Source: Squalus acanthias
Taxonomy: Eukaryota
Length of the DNA stretch: 64,000 nt
Direction of reading: 5' to 3'
Assembly (NCBI GenBank): GCA_030390025.1
Contig: CM059432.1
Span: 94,056,001-94,120,000, forward strand
Shown here one piece after another: positions 13,313 to 26,399 of the stretch. The notes under the pieces were generated by a model. That model had not been told where the DNA came from, searched no databases, and saw nothing but the letters and a program-made list of their open reading frames with translations. A program made the position numbers and the translations under genes. Position 1 is the stretch's first letter. Each line of letters starts with the position of its first letter.

Positions 13313-16160
13313 ATAAAGTAGTGTAACTGGAAACACTCAGGAAAAATATCATTTGCTAGATTTTATGGGGCAAGTTACTTTGCAAGCTTGGTGAGCTGCA
13401 AAGCTAAATGGAACACCAGTGTGATTCTCCCACCGTCTCCTTGTTGGTATTTCTACTTAAGATCTTTTATTAGCTTGCTACAATCTTGTTGCCCTAACTG
13501 CATGTATTATTCTCATTTGGTCACTTTTAAGTTCAATTAACATGCTTGAACAAGAAGTATCAAAGGAAAATACACATACACACATTTTTCTAGCATTAAT
13601 GTACTTAAAGAGCTTTCAGTGTTGAACTTTAATTTGATGTAAACTTATATAAAGACACACAAAAGTCACTTTTACAGTTTTAAAGTGTCCATTAAAAGGG
13701 GTTTTCTTCTTTTATGTTGCCTAGCAGTCCAAACGTGGCAAGAGATAGCAAGTTATCAACACACCAAAGTTAATGTTAATTTCTACAGTATATAGATGTA
13801 ATAACAGGTTACATTTTAGTGCCACATATGACCTACTGGTACACAATAACAAGCCAAAACCAAGTTTTTTTGTGAAATGTAACACACTATCAGTTTCAAA
13901 TGACTTTCATGTGGATTAGCAAATATAATCATTTGTCTCCATACTACAACATTACAACCCAAACATTAAAATATTAAAAATATCTATTTCAAATATCAAA
14001 CTAGTTGTGAAATGTACTTGCAGCGATAAAATTATATACTTTCGGTGATTAAATTGTATAAATAGATTTGATCTTTGTGTACAATTAACCTCACCCTTAT
14101 AGTTTAGTAATTCACTATATAGTTCATAGAAATTTACAGCACAGAAGGAGGCCATTCTCTCATTTGTATTATACAACTAGCATTCTCAGGGAATACATTT
14201 TACAATAAAGTACTCACAGAGATGAACCATGTCCCAAGTCCAGGAAAGATGTTAAAATCACATTATGGATTGTTGTGTGTCAGGGTCGTAACATGAAAAA
14301 CAAAATGAGCAATGAGATCAAAAGAATAGTAAGTAGAAGTCAAGAAACGCAAGTTTACCTCTGAAGTATATTTATCATATTTCAGCCCATCTTGTAGAAA
14401 CACAGTGCAGATATTAGTCAGAACAGAATACTGAACTTAATATAAATAATAAGTAAAAACAATTAAAATTAGTTTATATAGTTATATGTACACATATACA
14501 TGCACATGTCTTTCTCCTCTCCTCCTCCCCTCAAAACTTGCAGGCAATACGGAGTTAGAAATGGAGGCAAAAAGGGCAGCCTTTAAAGTTGCTGCATCAA
14601 AAATTTATCACAATTTATTTAAAAATCTAATACATGACATCATACATAAATAAATGAATATTTTAATACTATAAATTATACAATATATTCAAGTTTTTGC
14701 AGGTTTCTGCCAAAACAAAATTAAAATTCAGTGAAGAGTGCAGTTCAGCACATGATGAACAAAGAATGCATTTCTGGCATTTCAGTGTTGAAAAGAATTT
14801 CATTTTCCCTTTAATTTCTACCTACAGGTTGATTTTCCTTGAAGCAAATAAATATACTTTATAATTTCCTGAGTAAGAAACGACAGAACTAAAACTCTGA
14901 AGTTCAATTCAAGACAGCATAATATAATACTTTTGGTTAAATATGATTGGGGAACAGCTATATCTTTACCACAAGCTAAACATATACTTTACTCTTAAAT
15001 GTAGTTACTACTTAAACCAAATAACTGAAAATAAATTGGTTCTAACCTTACTCTGCAGTATTCAGCTTATGCAAATTCAAATTACAAGGCTCTCTTCAAA
15101 GAATTAATAAAAGCAGAAATGAAACTAAAAAATGCTGATTTTCTTTTAATTTTGCACTTTGATCTTTGTTACGAGTCAGCACAAGAAATTTATCTTCAAT
15201 TAAACATAGCATAGGCTTATCATTCAGAAACAACTTGATGCCAGTTGTAAATGAATGCAACTTAATCAGCAGCCCTCCAATCACCAAACTGCTACATAAT
15301 TAAATTAAACTGGATCAGCTGATGACTGCTCTTTTCCACTGCTTGCTCCAGCAAATCAATGAAATGCATTAGTTATGGCAAAGGATACACATTATAAACA
15401 TGATGCATTTACTGCATTGAAAAGCTTCTACTTATTAAACTGTACAGTAGTGTAAAAATCTGTGCCATAAGCAATTAAAACTCAATCTAAATTGTACCTT
15501 ACATTAAGATTTTTTTTAATGGCTTTTTAAGACTAAGCGGTTTAGAAAGCAACCACACACGTTCCCATCAATACATAAGGTTTTCTTACTGTTCGTTTCA
15601 TATTTATATAGCACACATACAATTGTTTGTGAAAATACGCAAATGGAAGTTGCAAAATCTCTGCACTTAGTTAAATAGTTTCACATTTACTGTATGTGTT
15701 AAGATCATAGAGACAAATGACATTTTGATGTGTTTATACAACTGGTGCAAGGTTGGAGAGCAGTAATTTTGCTGTTTGTGTGATGTAAATAATTGTGACA
15801 TTTTGATTTTTTTGCTCCAAATACAACTGCTAGCTGCCAACGTTTCTGAAAAAGTATAATACTGATAATGTTCATGAATTCTGTGCCTGTACCAACAATT
15901 AGTTTACTTTTCAAAGTACTGTAATTTGAATAGCAAATTATCCTCGATAAAACATTAAGCCTCACGTTGAGATATTTGGAGCATATTCGACATTAACACA
16001 GGTCTGATCTCTATCATACAATAACCTATTGGACTTCGGTCAAACTCAAATCTGACAAAAAAGATATTCTGCACATACTAATCTGCCTTTTCAGATAATT
16101 CATCGGGGTTGCAAAGCGAAAGAAAACACAATTTAACCTTCAGAAAACAAAACCCCTTAC

Positions 16161-16870
16161 CTGTCCCCCTTTTTAAAAAAAATCCTCAGGCAGGAGTCTT
16201 TGAGCAGCCCGAGTAAGAAATGACTCAAACGTTGAAAAGGCCAGCATAAAAGTCTGATCCGTTTGTTTAGATGTTTCTTTTTTTTATGGTGTTGGAAATA
16301 AACACTGAATAAACATACATCCACCTGCAAAACATCGCAAATCCAATTCCTTCTTTCCAAATACACTAACTGAAAACCCCTGGACGACACCCTTCCACCT
16401 CCTGTCAACTAATCGAAGCGCACTCCACACACCACGCACTGCCGAGCAAAGGGGCGGATACACCAATACTATTGGTCAGCCTCATTCCCGAGCCGTCTGC
16501 CCGTCCCAATCGGAACAATGGCAATGTTGATCGAGTGTGGGGGCCACAGGAGCAGTCAATCATAAACCCTGTGTCAGCCTGCTCCACTCAGAGCTGCTGT
16601 CAATCAGGATAGGATAGGTAAGTATTTGAACTCGGTTTTAACCTGATAGTGGCTGTTAAAAGGCTTCAAAAAGCGAGGGGAAGGGGCAGATTAGTAAAAG
16701 GTAGTGCGCTGGTTTATTATGAGGGAGGAAATGTAAAATATTAATAAATTCTGAACCAAAAATCACTGTTTAAAATACAGTTAGCCCGGCGCTTCTCTTA
16801 GTTGTGGCAAAGTTGATTCTTAAAATAGTTCGGGACGAAGCTTGCAGCAACGGAATGCGGAAGTCAATTC
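16161..16870. promoter_or_regulatory. Candidate bidirectional Pol II promoter with divergent non-coding first exons
   Basis: Local CpG retention outside any repeat; GC box at 16451; CCAAT/ATTGG at 16463, 16471 and 16506; ETS-like CGGAAGT near 16858. Outward-facing donors: CAG|GTAAGG on minus (16161/16160) and TAG|GTAAGT on plus (16617/16618). Confidence 0.55.
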
Positions 16871-17189
16871 AGACCTCTCACTCCAACCCCGCAAAAAAGC
16901 TTCTTTGTGTGCAACAACCATTGAATGCCGTTTTTCGGAAACAAATAAAAATACTTGCAGATTATTAGCAGTTAGGGAAACAACTTGAGACCAAGTGTGG
17001 GCCAGATTTTGCGGTCAGCGGCAACACCCTCACTTGTAACTTGGGGCGAGACTGGTACAGTATAAAAGTAAACAGGTCTTCAGAGCACAGAGCGGCATTA
17101 AACGGAGTGCACTTAAACAGAGTGTATTAATTGGGAATTTGGAAAGAGTGGGAATTACCTAATTGGCGGTGTACTCTTTTGGGTACGAA

Positions 17190-17920
17190 CAAATAAACTG
17201 TAAATTAACAAAACTACATTAAATGAAACTTAACAACTTAAATTAAAATTTGGTTGCCGGGGGTGATGAAGCACTCCAGTCCCTGGTCGCGGAAGGCCTC
17301 GAGCGTGCCGGCGGACGCCGCGTGCTCCATCTCCAGAACCACCCGGGCGCTAACGTGGCCGCGGAAGAGAGGCAGGCAGTCGGGCCGAACGACCCCCTCG
17401 ACCACCCGCTGCCTGGACCAGTTGATGGCCACTTTGGCCAGGCCCAGGAGCAGTCCCACGAGGAGGTCCCCCGATCTGCCCGCTCCCGCTCCGCACCAGG
17501 GGACCAAAGATCAGGAGCGTGGGATTGAAGTGCAGCCAAAAATCGAGGCGCAGCCCTTTCAAATAATGTAAGAGGGGCTGCAACCCCTCACATATTACAT
17601 ATACATGGAACACGGACTCCCCCAGGCCGCAGAAAAGGCAGGCGGCCTGGGAGTCCGTGAAACTACTTAAAACTTTATTGCACGGGATTGCTCCGTGCAA
17701 CACTCTCCAGGCCAAGTCCCCAATAGATAAAGGGAGGACTCCCGCATAGAGAGCCCTGCATTTGGGGACCCCCGCCTCCGCCGGACGGCAAGATGGTGCG
17801 CCAAGGCGTGTCCGGATGGCAGACGAGGATGGCAAAGTGGAGGGTGTGCAAGAGCAGCCCGTACAAGAAACCCCTCCATGCAGAATGAAAAGGCACGGCG
17901 GGCATTTCTAATTGGCAGTG
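17190..17920 (-). mobile_element. Tx1/L1-clade LINE, 3' fragment (zf-RVT region)
   Basis: GDLAWRVLHGAIPCN...ACLFCGLGESVFHVYVIC; CpG-rich; homologous to 58540-59660. Confidence 0.85.
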
Positions 17921-17921
17921 T

Positions 17922-18875
17922 AACATAGAAACATAGAAGATAGGAGCAGGAGTAGGCCATTCGGCCCCTCGAGCCTGCTCCGCCATTCGATGAGATCATG
18001 GCTGATCATCCCTGTACCTGTACCTGCCTTCTCCCCATATCCCTTGATACCTTTAGCTTTATGAAATATATCTAACTCATTCTTGAATATATTTAATGAC
18101 TTGGCCTCAACTAACTTCTGTGGTAGAGAATTCCACAGGTTCACCACTCTCTGGGTGAAGAAATTCTTCCTCATTTCTGTCCTAAATGGCTTACCCCTTA
18201 TCCTCAGATTATGACCCCTGGTTCTGGACTTTCCGACCATCGGGAACATTCTTCCTGCATCTAGTTTGTCCAGACCTGTCAGAATTTTATATGTTTCGAT
18301 GAGATCCCCTCTCATTCTTCTATACTCCAGCGAGTATAAGCCCAATCGACCCAATCTCTCCTCATATGTCATTCCTGCCATCCCAGGTATCAGCCTTGTG
18401 AATCTTCGCTGAACTCCTTCCATGGCAAGAACATCCTTCCTCAGATAAGGCGACCAAAATTGCACACAGTACTCAAGGTGTGGTCTCACCAAGGCCCTGT
18501 ACAACTGCAGCAGGACATCCCTGTTCCTGTACTCAAACCCTTTCGCTATGAAGGCCAACATACCATTTGCCTTTTTCACCGCCTGCTGCACCTGCATGCT
18601 TACCTTCAGCGACTGGTGCACAAGGACACCCAGGTCTCGTTGCACTTCCCCATCTCCCAATCTATTGCCATTCAGATAATAGTCTGCCTTTCCGTTTTTG
18701 ACACCAAAGTGGATAACCTCGCATTTATCCACGTTATATTGCATCTGCCACGCTTCTGCCCACTCACCCAACCTGTCCAAATCATCCTGGAGTTTCTCGG
18801 TATTCTCCTCGCAGCACACACTCCCACCCAGCTTTGTGTCATCTGCAAACTTGGAGATATTACATTTAGTTCCCT
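17922..18875 (-). mobile_element. 5'-truncated young CR1 LINE
   Basis: Open frame [12 protein letters not shown]...RDLGV...RPHLEYCVQFWSP; (TTCTATGT)n tail at 17922. Confidence 0.95.
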
Positions 18876-19115
18876 TCGTAACCTTCGACGATTTCCAAAA
18901 AAACAAGGAGGACAGCAGGTAGGTGATTGGTTGGTGAGTATTAAGGTTTTATTTTCTTTCTAACATAGGACAGTGGTTTAAACTAGGTGCAGGAAACTAT
19001 AAAGTACTGCATTAAATTTATAGCTTACCTAGTTAAACTAATTAATATAACTATAAATAATCGTTGAATAAAGACTTTCACTAATTAAATAAATAAAATA
19101 AGGCTGGTCTAAGAT

Positions 19116-20042
19116 ATGGCAGAGCAGGTTGTGTTTCTGGACAGCGAGACTATCCCAAGCAAACACGTCTGCAGGAGATGTCTCCATCTTAATCCTCTCC
19201 TGCTCAGTGTCATTGAGCTGGAGTGAGAGTTGGAGACACTCCAACACATAAGGGAGGTGGGAGGAATATATGGACAGTTTCATCCAGAATACAGTCACAC
19301 CCCAGAGGAAAGCACAGGTTCAGGAAAGGGAGGGTGTGACCGTTAGGGAGACAGGTAGCAGGGATTTCGGAGAGGTTGAGAAGGAGGTCCTGCAGACACT
19401 GGTCCTGTCCAACAGGTACGATGTACTCGCTACCTGTGAGAACAAGGAGAAAGACTGCAGGGAGGACAACCACAATGCAGACCAAGGCACCGTGGCTCAG
19501 AAGGCTGTCCAAGGGGGGGAAGAGCAGAATAGAAATGTGGTAATGATAGGGGACTCTATAATTAGGGGGATAGATAGCGTCCTCTGCAGCCAAAAATGAG
19601 AATTTCAAAGGGTGTGTTGCCTACCCGATGCCAGGGTAAGGGATATCTCATGGCGGCTGGAGAGCACTTGGAAAGGGAAGGGGTAAATCCAGTTGTTTTG
19701 GTTCATGTTGGAACAAATGATACAGGTAGGAACAGGGAGGAGGTCCTGCTGAAAGAGTATCAGGAGTTAGGCTCTAAATTAAAAAGCAGGACCTCGAGGG
19801 TAATAATCTCTGGATTATTGCCCGAGCCACGTGCAAATTGGCATAGAAGGAGGCAGATCAGGAGAATTAACACGTGGCTAAAGGGCTGGTGTGGGAAAGA
19901 GGGGTTCCTTTTCATGGGACACTGGCACCAGTTCTGGGAGAGGAAGGAGCTGTACCGATGGGATGGGCTCCACCTGAACCGGGATGGGACCCATGTCCAA
20001 GCGGAAAGGGTAAATAGGGAGGTGGCAAAGGCTTTAAACTAG
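19116..20042 (+). pseudogene. CR1 ORF1p (zinc finger/leucine zipper plus SGNH esterase), disrupted
   Basis: HVCRRC followed by a heptad leucine pattern, then esterase blocks IGDSIIR, HVGTND and DGLHLN; one stop and a frameshift. Confidence 0.85.
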
Positions 20043-21845
20043 TAAGATGGGGGAAGGGATCGACAAGAAAAATAACCAGCCTAAATAGAAACAAAACCAG
20101 GAAAAGAGAGCACAGGAAAGAATAAAGTAAGGAAGGACATTGATGGCAAGGGAATAAATAGAGTTATAGAACAGGAGTCTAAAAAGATGGTTAAACATAA
20201 AGTGAGAGGAAATCCTATTAAAAATGAGTTAAACTGGCTGTACAGCAATGCACACAGTGTCCATAATAAAACAGGGGAGCTGGAGGCAATCATACATTAC
20301 GAGGAACCAGACATAGTAGGGATTACTGAGACATGGCTACAGAAAAATTAGGACTGGGAATTAAACATTGCAGGGTATAACATATTTAGAAAAGATAGAG
20401 AGGGAAAAAGGGGAGGTGGAGTAGCTGTACTTATTAGGGACAACATAATCGCTATAGAAAAAAGTGACGCAGCTATCTGCAAGACAAAAATAGAATCCAT
20501 ATGGATAGAGATAAAAGATAATAAAGGATCAATCACACTAATAGGCGTAGTCTACAGACCACCTAATAGTGGAAGGGAGGTGGAGGAAGAAATATGCAGA
20601 CAAATTAGGGAAATGAGTAAAAAACATAGAATAATAATCATGGGGGATTTCAACTACCCCGATATTAATTGGACAGAAGAGGTAGGTAAAGGAAATAAGG
20701 GAATGGAGTTCCTACAATGTGTACAGGACTCCTTTCAAACCCAATATGTAAAAAGCTCAACAAGGGAGAATTCGATATTGGATCTAGTAATGGGGAATGA
20801 ACCAGAGCAGATAAGAGAAGTAAAAGTCGGGGAACATCTAGGCAATAATGACCATAATATAATACACTTTAAGATGATAATTGAGAAGGACATAAGTATG
20901 ATGAAAACCAGGGTAATAGATTGGAGAAAAGCTGATTTTGAGGGGCTGAGAATAGAACTTGGGAAAATAAAATGGGCAACAATATTGGCAAAAAACGATG
21001 TAGAACAGCAATGGGAAATATTTAAAACCGTGTTCAAGAGACATCAGGAACAATATATTCTGCTAAAAGGAAAGAACAAACTAAACACTAATGAGACTCC
21101 ATGGATGAATAAAGCCATAAGGGAACAATTGATGGTAAGGAAAGAGGCATATATTAAGTGCATAGACTACAGGGGAGTGCACGATAAGGGAGAATATGAA
21201 AAGATTAGGAGAGAAGTCAAAAAAACAATTAGGAAGGCAAAGAGGAACTATGAAATTAGATTATCGAGGAACAGAAAACAAAATAGTAAAATATTTTACA
21301 GGCATATCAATAAAAAAGGGAAGGTTGGGATGGGAATAGGGCCATTAAGGGATAAACAGGATAATACCACCGGTAACGATAGAGAGATGGCAGAAATATT
21401 GAATAATTATGTTGCTTCAGTATTTACCAGGGAGATAGAACAGATGGACATGACATTGGATAATGAGATTAGTGATGAGATAAGTGCATTTAAAATAAAA
21501 AGAGGGGATATATTAATAAACTAATCAAACTCAAGATAAAACCCCTGGTCCGGATGGATTGCATTCATGCATTTTAAAAGAATCTAGGGAAGAGATAGCA
21601 GAAGTGTTACGACACATATTTAATAACTCGTTAGAAAAAGGTGTAGTGCCAGAGGACTGGCGGATAGCTAACGTAATACCTATATTTAAGAAGGGGGGTA
21701 GAGCATGTCCAGGGAATTATAGACCAGTCAGCTTAACATCGGTAGTAGGAAAAATAATGGAATCTCTATAAAGGAGAGAATAGAAGAACATTTAGAAACC
21801 AAAAACATAGGAATGAATAGTCAGCATGGATTTCAAAAGGAAAAG

Positions 21846-22860
21846 CCTGTGTCCAGTGGTGTTACGCAGGGATCGGTGCTGGATCCTTTGCTGTTTGTAG
21901 TGTACATTAATGATTTAGATATGAATGTAGGAGGTATGATCAGTAAGTTCGCAGATGACACGAAAATTGGTGGAGTGGTAAATAGCGAGGAGGGAAGCCT
22001 CAGGCTACAAGAGGATTGGTTAGATGGACAGAACAGTGGCAAATGGAATTTAACCCTGAAAAGTGTGAGGTGATGCATTTTGGGAGGACTAACAAGGCAA
22101 GGGAATACACAATGAATGGTAGGACCCTAGGAAGGACAGAGGATCAGAGGGACCTTGGTGTGCATGTACATAGATCCCTGAAGGCAGCAGGACAGGTAGA
22201 TAAGGTGGTTAAAAAGGCATATGGGATACTTGCCTTCATTAGCCGAGGCATAGAATATAAGAGCAGGGAGGTTATGATGGAGCTGTATAAAACGCTAGTT
22301 AGGCCACAGCTGGAATACTGTGTGCAGTTCTGGTCGCCACACTATAGGAAGGATGTGATTGCATTGGAGAGGGTGCAGAGGAGATTCACCAGGATGTTAC
22401 CTGGGCTGGAGCGCTTCAGCTATGAAGAGAGACTGGACAGGCTGGGGTTGTTTTCCTTAGAGCAGAGAAGGCTGAGGGGGGACCTGATTGAGGTGTACAA
22501 AATTATGAGGGGCATAGATAGGGTAGATAGAAAGGAACTTTTCCCTTTAGTAGAGGGGTCAATAACCAGGGGGCATAGTTTCAAGGTAAGGGGCAGGAGA
22601 TTTAGAGGGGATTTGAGGAAAAACTTTTTCACCCAGCGGGTGGTTGGAATCTGGAACTCACTGCCTGAAAGGGTGGTAGAGGCAGGAACCCTCACAACAT
22701 TCAAGAAGCATTTAGATGAGCACTTGAAACGCCATAGCATACAAGGCTATGGACCAAGTGCTGGAAAATGGGATTAGAATAGACAGGGCTTGATGGCCAG
22801 CGCGGACACGATGGGCCGAAGGGCCTCTTTCTGTGCTGTATAACTCTATGACTCTATGAT
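21846..22860 (+). mobile_element. Nested 5'-truncated CR1 LINE
   Basis: Starts at PVSSGVTQGS and ends in an (ACTCTATG)n tail; the host reading QHGFQK..|SCLTNL resumes at about 22862. Confidence 0.9.
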
Positions 22861-23261
22861 TCTTGCTTGACCAACCTTATTGAATTTTTCAAAGAGGTAA
22901 CCGAAAGAGTAGATAATGGTAATGTAGTAGATGTAATTTATCTAGATTTTCAAAAGGCCTTCGATCAGGTATCCCATAATAGACTGATGAACAAGGTCAG
23001 AGAATGCGGAGTCAGGGGACAAGTAGCAGAATGGATTGCTAGCTGGCATCAAGACAGAAAGCAGAGAGTAGAGGTAAATGGTAGCTATTCACAGTGGCAG
23101 AAGGTGGGTAGCGGTGTTCCACAAGGATCAGTGCTGGGATCACTGTTGTTCACAATTTATATTAACGATTTTGACTTTGGAATCAAAAGCACAATTTCCA
23201 AATTTGCAGATGACTCCAAATTGGGGGTGGGGGGTGTGGTAGTCAATACAGAGTGCAATGA

Positions 23262-23395
23262 GATCTTTTACATCCACCTGAGAGAGCAGACGGGGTCACG
23301 GTTTAACGTCTGATCCGAAAAACGGCACCTGCGACAATGCAGCACTCCCTCAGTACTACACTGGTGTGTCGGCCTAGATTTGTGTGCTCAAGTCT
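23262..23395 (-). mobile_element. Deu-domain SINE fragment
   Basis: Reverse complement of the 5' half of the copy at 34763. Confidence 0.7.
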
Positions 23396-23811
23396 CAGTA
23401 AATGTAATGCTCCTACAGTGCAGTTTGCTTTCTTTAGTAAAAAAAACAGCGCTCTGGGGAAGATCCTTTCAGTATGGAAAAAATGTATTGCTGCTAGTTC
23501 AGCCATAATTGTTGAGTGTTTCAGTACTGCATTCTGAACCCTGCCCCCTTTGACTTCCTGTTACTGAAAAATCTGTACATTTATACACAGTTCTTTAGAG
23601 ACGTACTGGCAGTTTATAATTGAGGTACAGGATTTCATAACTGTTACTGCTGAGTTGAGCAAGATTTTCCCACAATTATGGGCATTATCCTACAGCAGGG
23701 AAATCCAATACTGCTTATTACAGAATATTGTATGTAGCTTGGTGACAGTACCCCCAGGTTATGTGCAGGAGCTGCTATGTTCTTGGGCATCAGGGGGAAA
23801 ACTCTACTGGC

Positions 23812-24715
23812 AGGAGTCATAATTAGCACAAAGGAAGATGGTTGTGGTTGTTGGAGGTCAATCATCTCAGCCCCAGGACATCACTGCAGGAGTTCCTCAG
23901 GGCAGTGTCCTAGGCCCAACCATCTTCAGCTGCTTTATCAATGACCTTCCCTCCATCATAAGGTGAGAACTGGGGATGTTAGCTGATGATTTCACAGTGT
24001 TCAGTTCCATTCGCAACTCCTCAGATAATGAAGCAGTTTCTGACCGCATGCAGCAAGACCTGGACACATTCAGGCTTGGCCTGATAAATGGCAAGTAACA
24101 TTCGCGCCACACAAGTGCCAGGCAATGACTATCTCCAATAAGCGAGATCTAACCACCGCCCCTTGACATTCAACGGCATTACCATTGCTGAATCCCCCAC
24201 CATCAACATTCTGGGGGTCACCATTGACCAGAAGCCTAACTGGACAAGCCACATAAACACTGTGGCTACAAGAGCAGGTCAGAGGCTGGGTATTCTGCGG
24301 CGAGTGTCTCGCCTCCTGACTCCCGAAAGCCTTTCCACCATCTACAAGGCATAAGTAAGGAGTGTGACGGAATACTCTCCACTTGCCTGGATGAGTGCAG
24401 CTCCAACAACACTCAAGAAGCTCGATACCATCCAGGACAAAGCAGCCCGCTTGATTGGCACCCCATCCACCACCTTAAATATTCACTCCCTCCACCACGT
24501 CGCACCGTGGCTGCATTGTGTATCATCTACAAGATGCACTGCAGCAACTTGCCAAGGTTTCTTCGGCAGCACCTCCCAAACCCACGACCTGTACCACCTC
24601 GAAGGACAAGGGCAGCAGGCACATGGGAACACCATCACCTGCAAGTTCCCCTCCAAGTTACACACCATCCTGACTTGAAAATATATTGCCTTTCCTTCAT
24701 CGTCACTGGGTCAAA
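23812..24715 (+). mobile_element. CR1-group LINE fragment (different family from the HER1-like CR1s)
   Basis: [39 protein letters not shown]. Confidence 0.85.
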
Positions 24716-24719
24716 ATGC

Positions 24720-26398
24720 CATGATGAAAGGCCAAGGTTGGGTATCATTCATCCTATTTAAGGTGGCATTCATAGTGTGCAAGCCATTGGTGAAGGCTTG
24801 CATGCACTTGTGTGATTGCTGCGTTTGATGCTCCAAGCAGGTTGTCACTCTTTCTATGGACGAAGACATCATCGCAAAGGTCTGCGACATCATACCACTC
24901 ATGTTTGAGATGGATTCCTCCAATCTCTCTGCAATCATGTACAGTGCGCTTGGAAGACCTGCCAGTACATCACACATTCTCTGCTGCTGCTCAAGAAGTA
25001 TCCTCTTCGTCAGTGGCCCCCGGGGTGCAGCATCTGCATCCAGCTGAGCAGAGGATGGAGAGTCCTGCACCCTCTGACGTGGACTCTCCACTGCTGTTCC
25101 TGACTCCACCATCTGTTCTTGCTCACTTGTGAAGTGCAAGTCACCATGTGAAAACCCAACTATCGCTCTAACTTGTCCCACCGAAGTGCGAATATCTGAG
25201 CTGGTGCATGGTCTGCAGAAGTCCTGTGATGGTGCACCCTTGAAAGAGTGAGCTCCTCTGAGGAGTTGTCATCATCATGGGTGACCTGGACCACCTCCTG
25301 CTGAATGTGTGAAGGCCCTGTGGGAGATAAAAGACATGAATGATTGCTGTGAAGGTAAGAATGCTTGAAGTTATCATTATGCACATGATCATATTTCAGT
25401 CGCTGTTGACATCAAGTCAACATGACTGAGTGTTGTATGCCATGTGGCTGCCTGATATTTAATTCTGTCACGAGGTAACTGGCAGGCCCTCATCTCTGAC
25501 AGCCAGGCACACTGAGACTCCGCCGATCTCCAGCACCTCCTCCTCTGCAGATGTTAATTGCGAGATGGCTGGTGGGCCACCTCCAGTTCTCTGCCCCGCC
25601 CTCATTTTCTCTGCTGCCTTCTCCTGCAAGGAGGGAAAGAAAAGACGTATGTGTGCGATTATTGATGTGTTCACCCGATGGATGGAGAGCATTTGTTGAG
25701 GGTGACTATGAGGGATAGGCATGACATTGCATAAGGATGAGTGTCAGTGGTGGATGGATAGATGGGGATATGAGTAAGTGCACAAAGAGGGATGTCCGAA
25801 CCTGTAAAGTCAGTTGGAGTGATGTGCTGGAGTAAGCTTGGGAAGGCAGAGTGAGGGGGTTAGGGTGATATGCACATGTAGGGCAATGTGCCATTGCTCT
25901 CACCTTTGCTGCTGAGCTCATTGAATCGCTTACTGCACTGGATCCAGGAGCGTGACACCACGCTCCTGCTGCTGACCTCTTAGGCAATCTCCAACCTCGC
26001 TTTCTTTGTCTCAGCTGCTGGCTTATCCTTCCGTCACCAGGGAAGAGTATTTCCCTCCGGGTCCTTACAGCCCACAACACATCCAGGGAGGCGTTGCTGA
26101 AGCAGGGCGCAGCCTTTGCCCGTCTCAACTCCATAGCAGGAGATCTTTGGCTCTCCATGACAACTCCAAACTCCTTCAACTTGCATGTTTGGTGTGTGCC
26201 TTTAAATACTGGAGTTGTAATTCCGCCATGCGCGTCGTCATCACGCCCACTGACGCTAATTGGACGGGACACACGGAAGTAAAATGATAATGAGGTGGCT
26301 GAGTTAAAAAGCCACGAACAGACGCACTGCACTTCTGGGTTTCCCACCCACTATCGGACTCCCCCCGTCGTCGCGCGTCTGCACATTAAAATCCAACT
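24720..26398 (-). mobile_element. Harbinger/PIF transposon fragment with a spliced Myb/SANT-like DNA-binding protein gene (decayed)
   Basis: Exon 1 (about 26134-25904) AAPCFS..LDVL..AVRTRREILFP...W.QC.KRFNEL with donor AAG|GTGAGA; exon 2 from 25623 EKAA...RTGGGPP....LT.AEE; exon 3 from 25317; TIR-like GAGTTGGATTTT at about 26398. Confidence 0.75.
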
Positions 26399-26399
26399 C

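Larger units (their letters stand above)
18900..23260 (+). mobile_element. Long CR1 LINE with ORF1 and ORF2, decayed, 3'-truncated, interrupted by a nested CR1
   Basis: ORF1 at about 19116-20042; ORF2 has an APE endonuclease (GITETW, GDFNYPDI, NDH) and RT ([27 protein letters not shown]). Confidence 0.9.
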
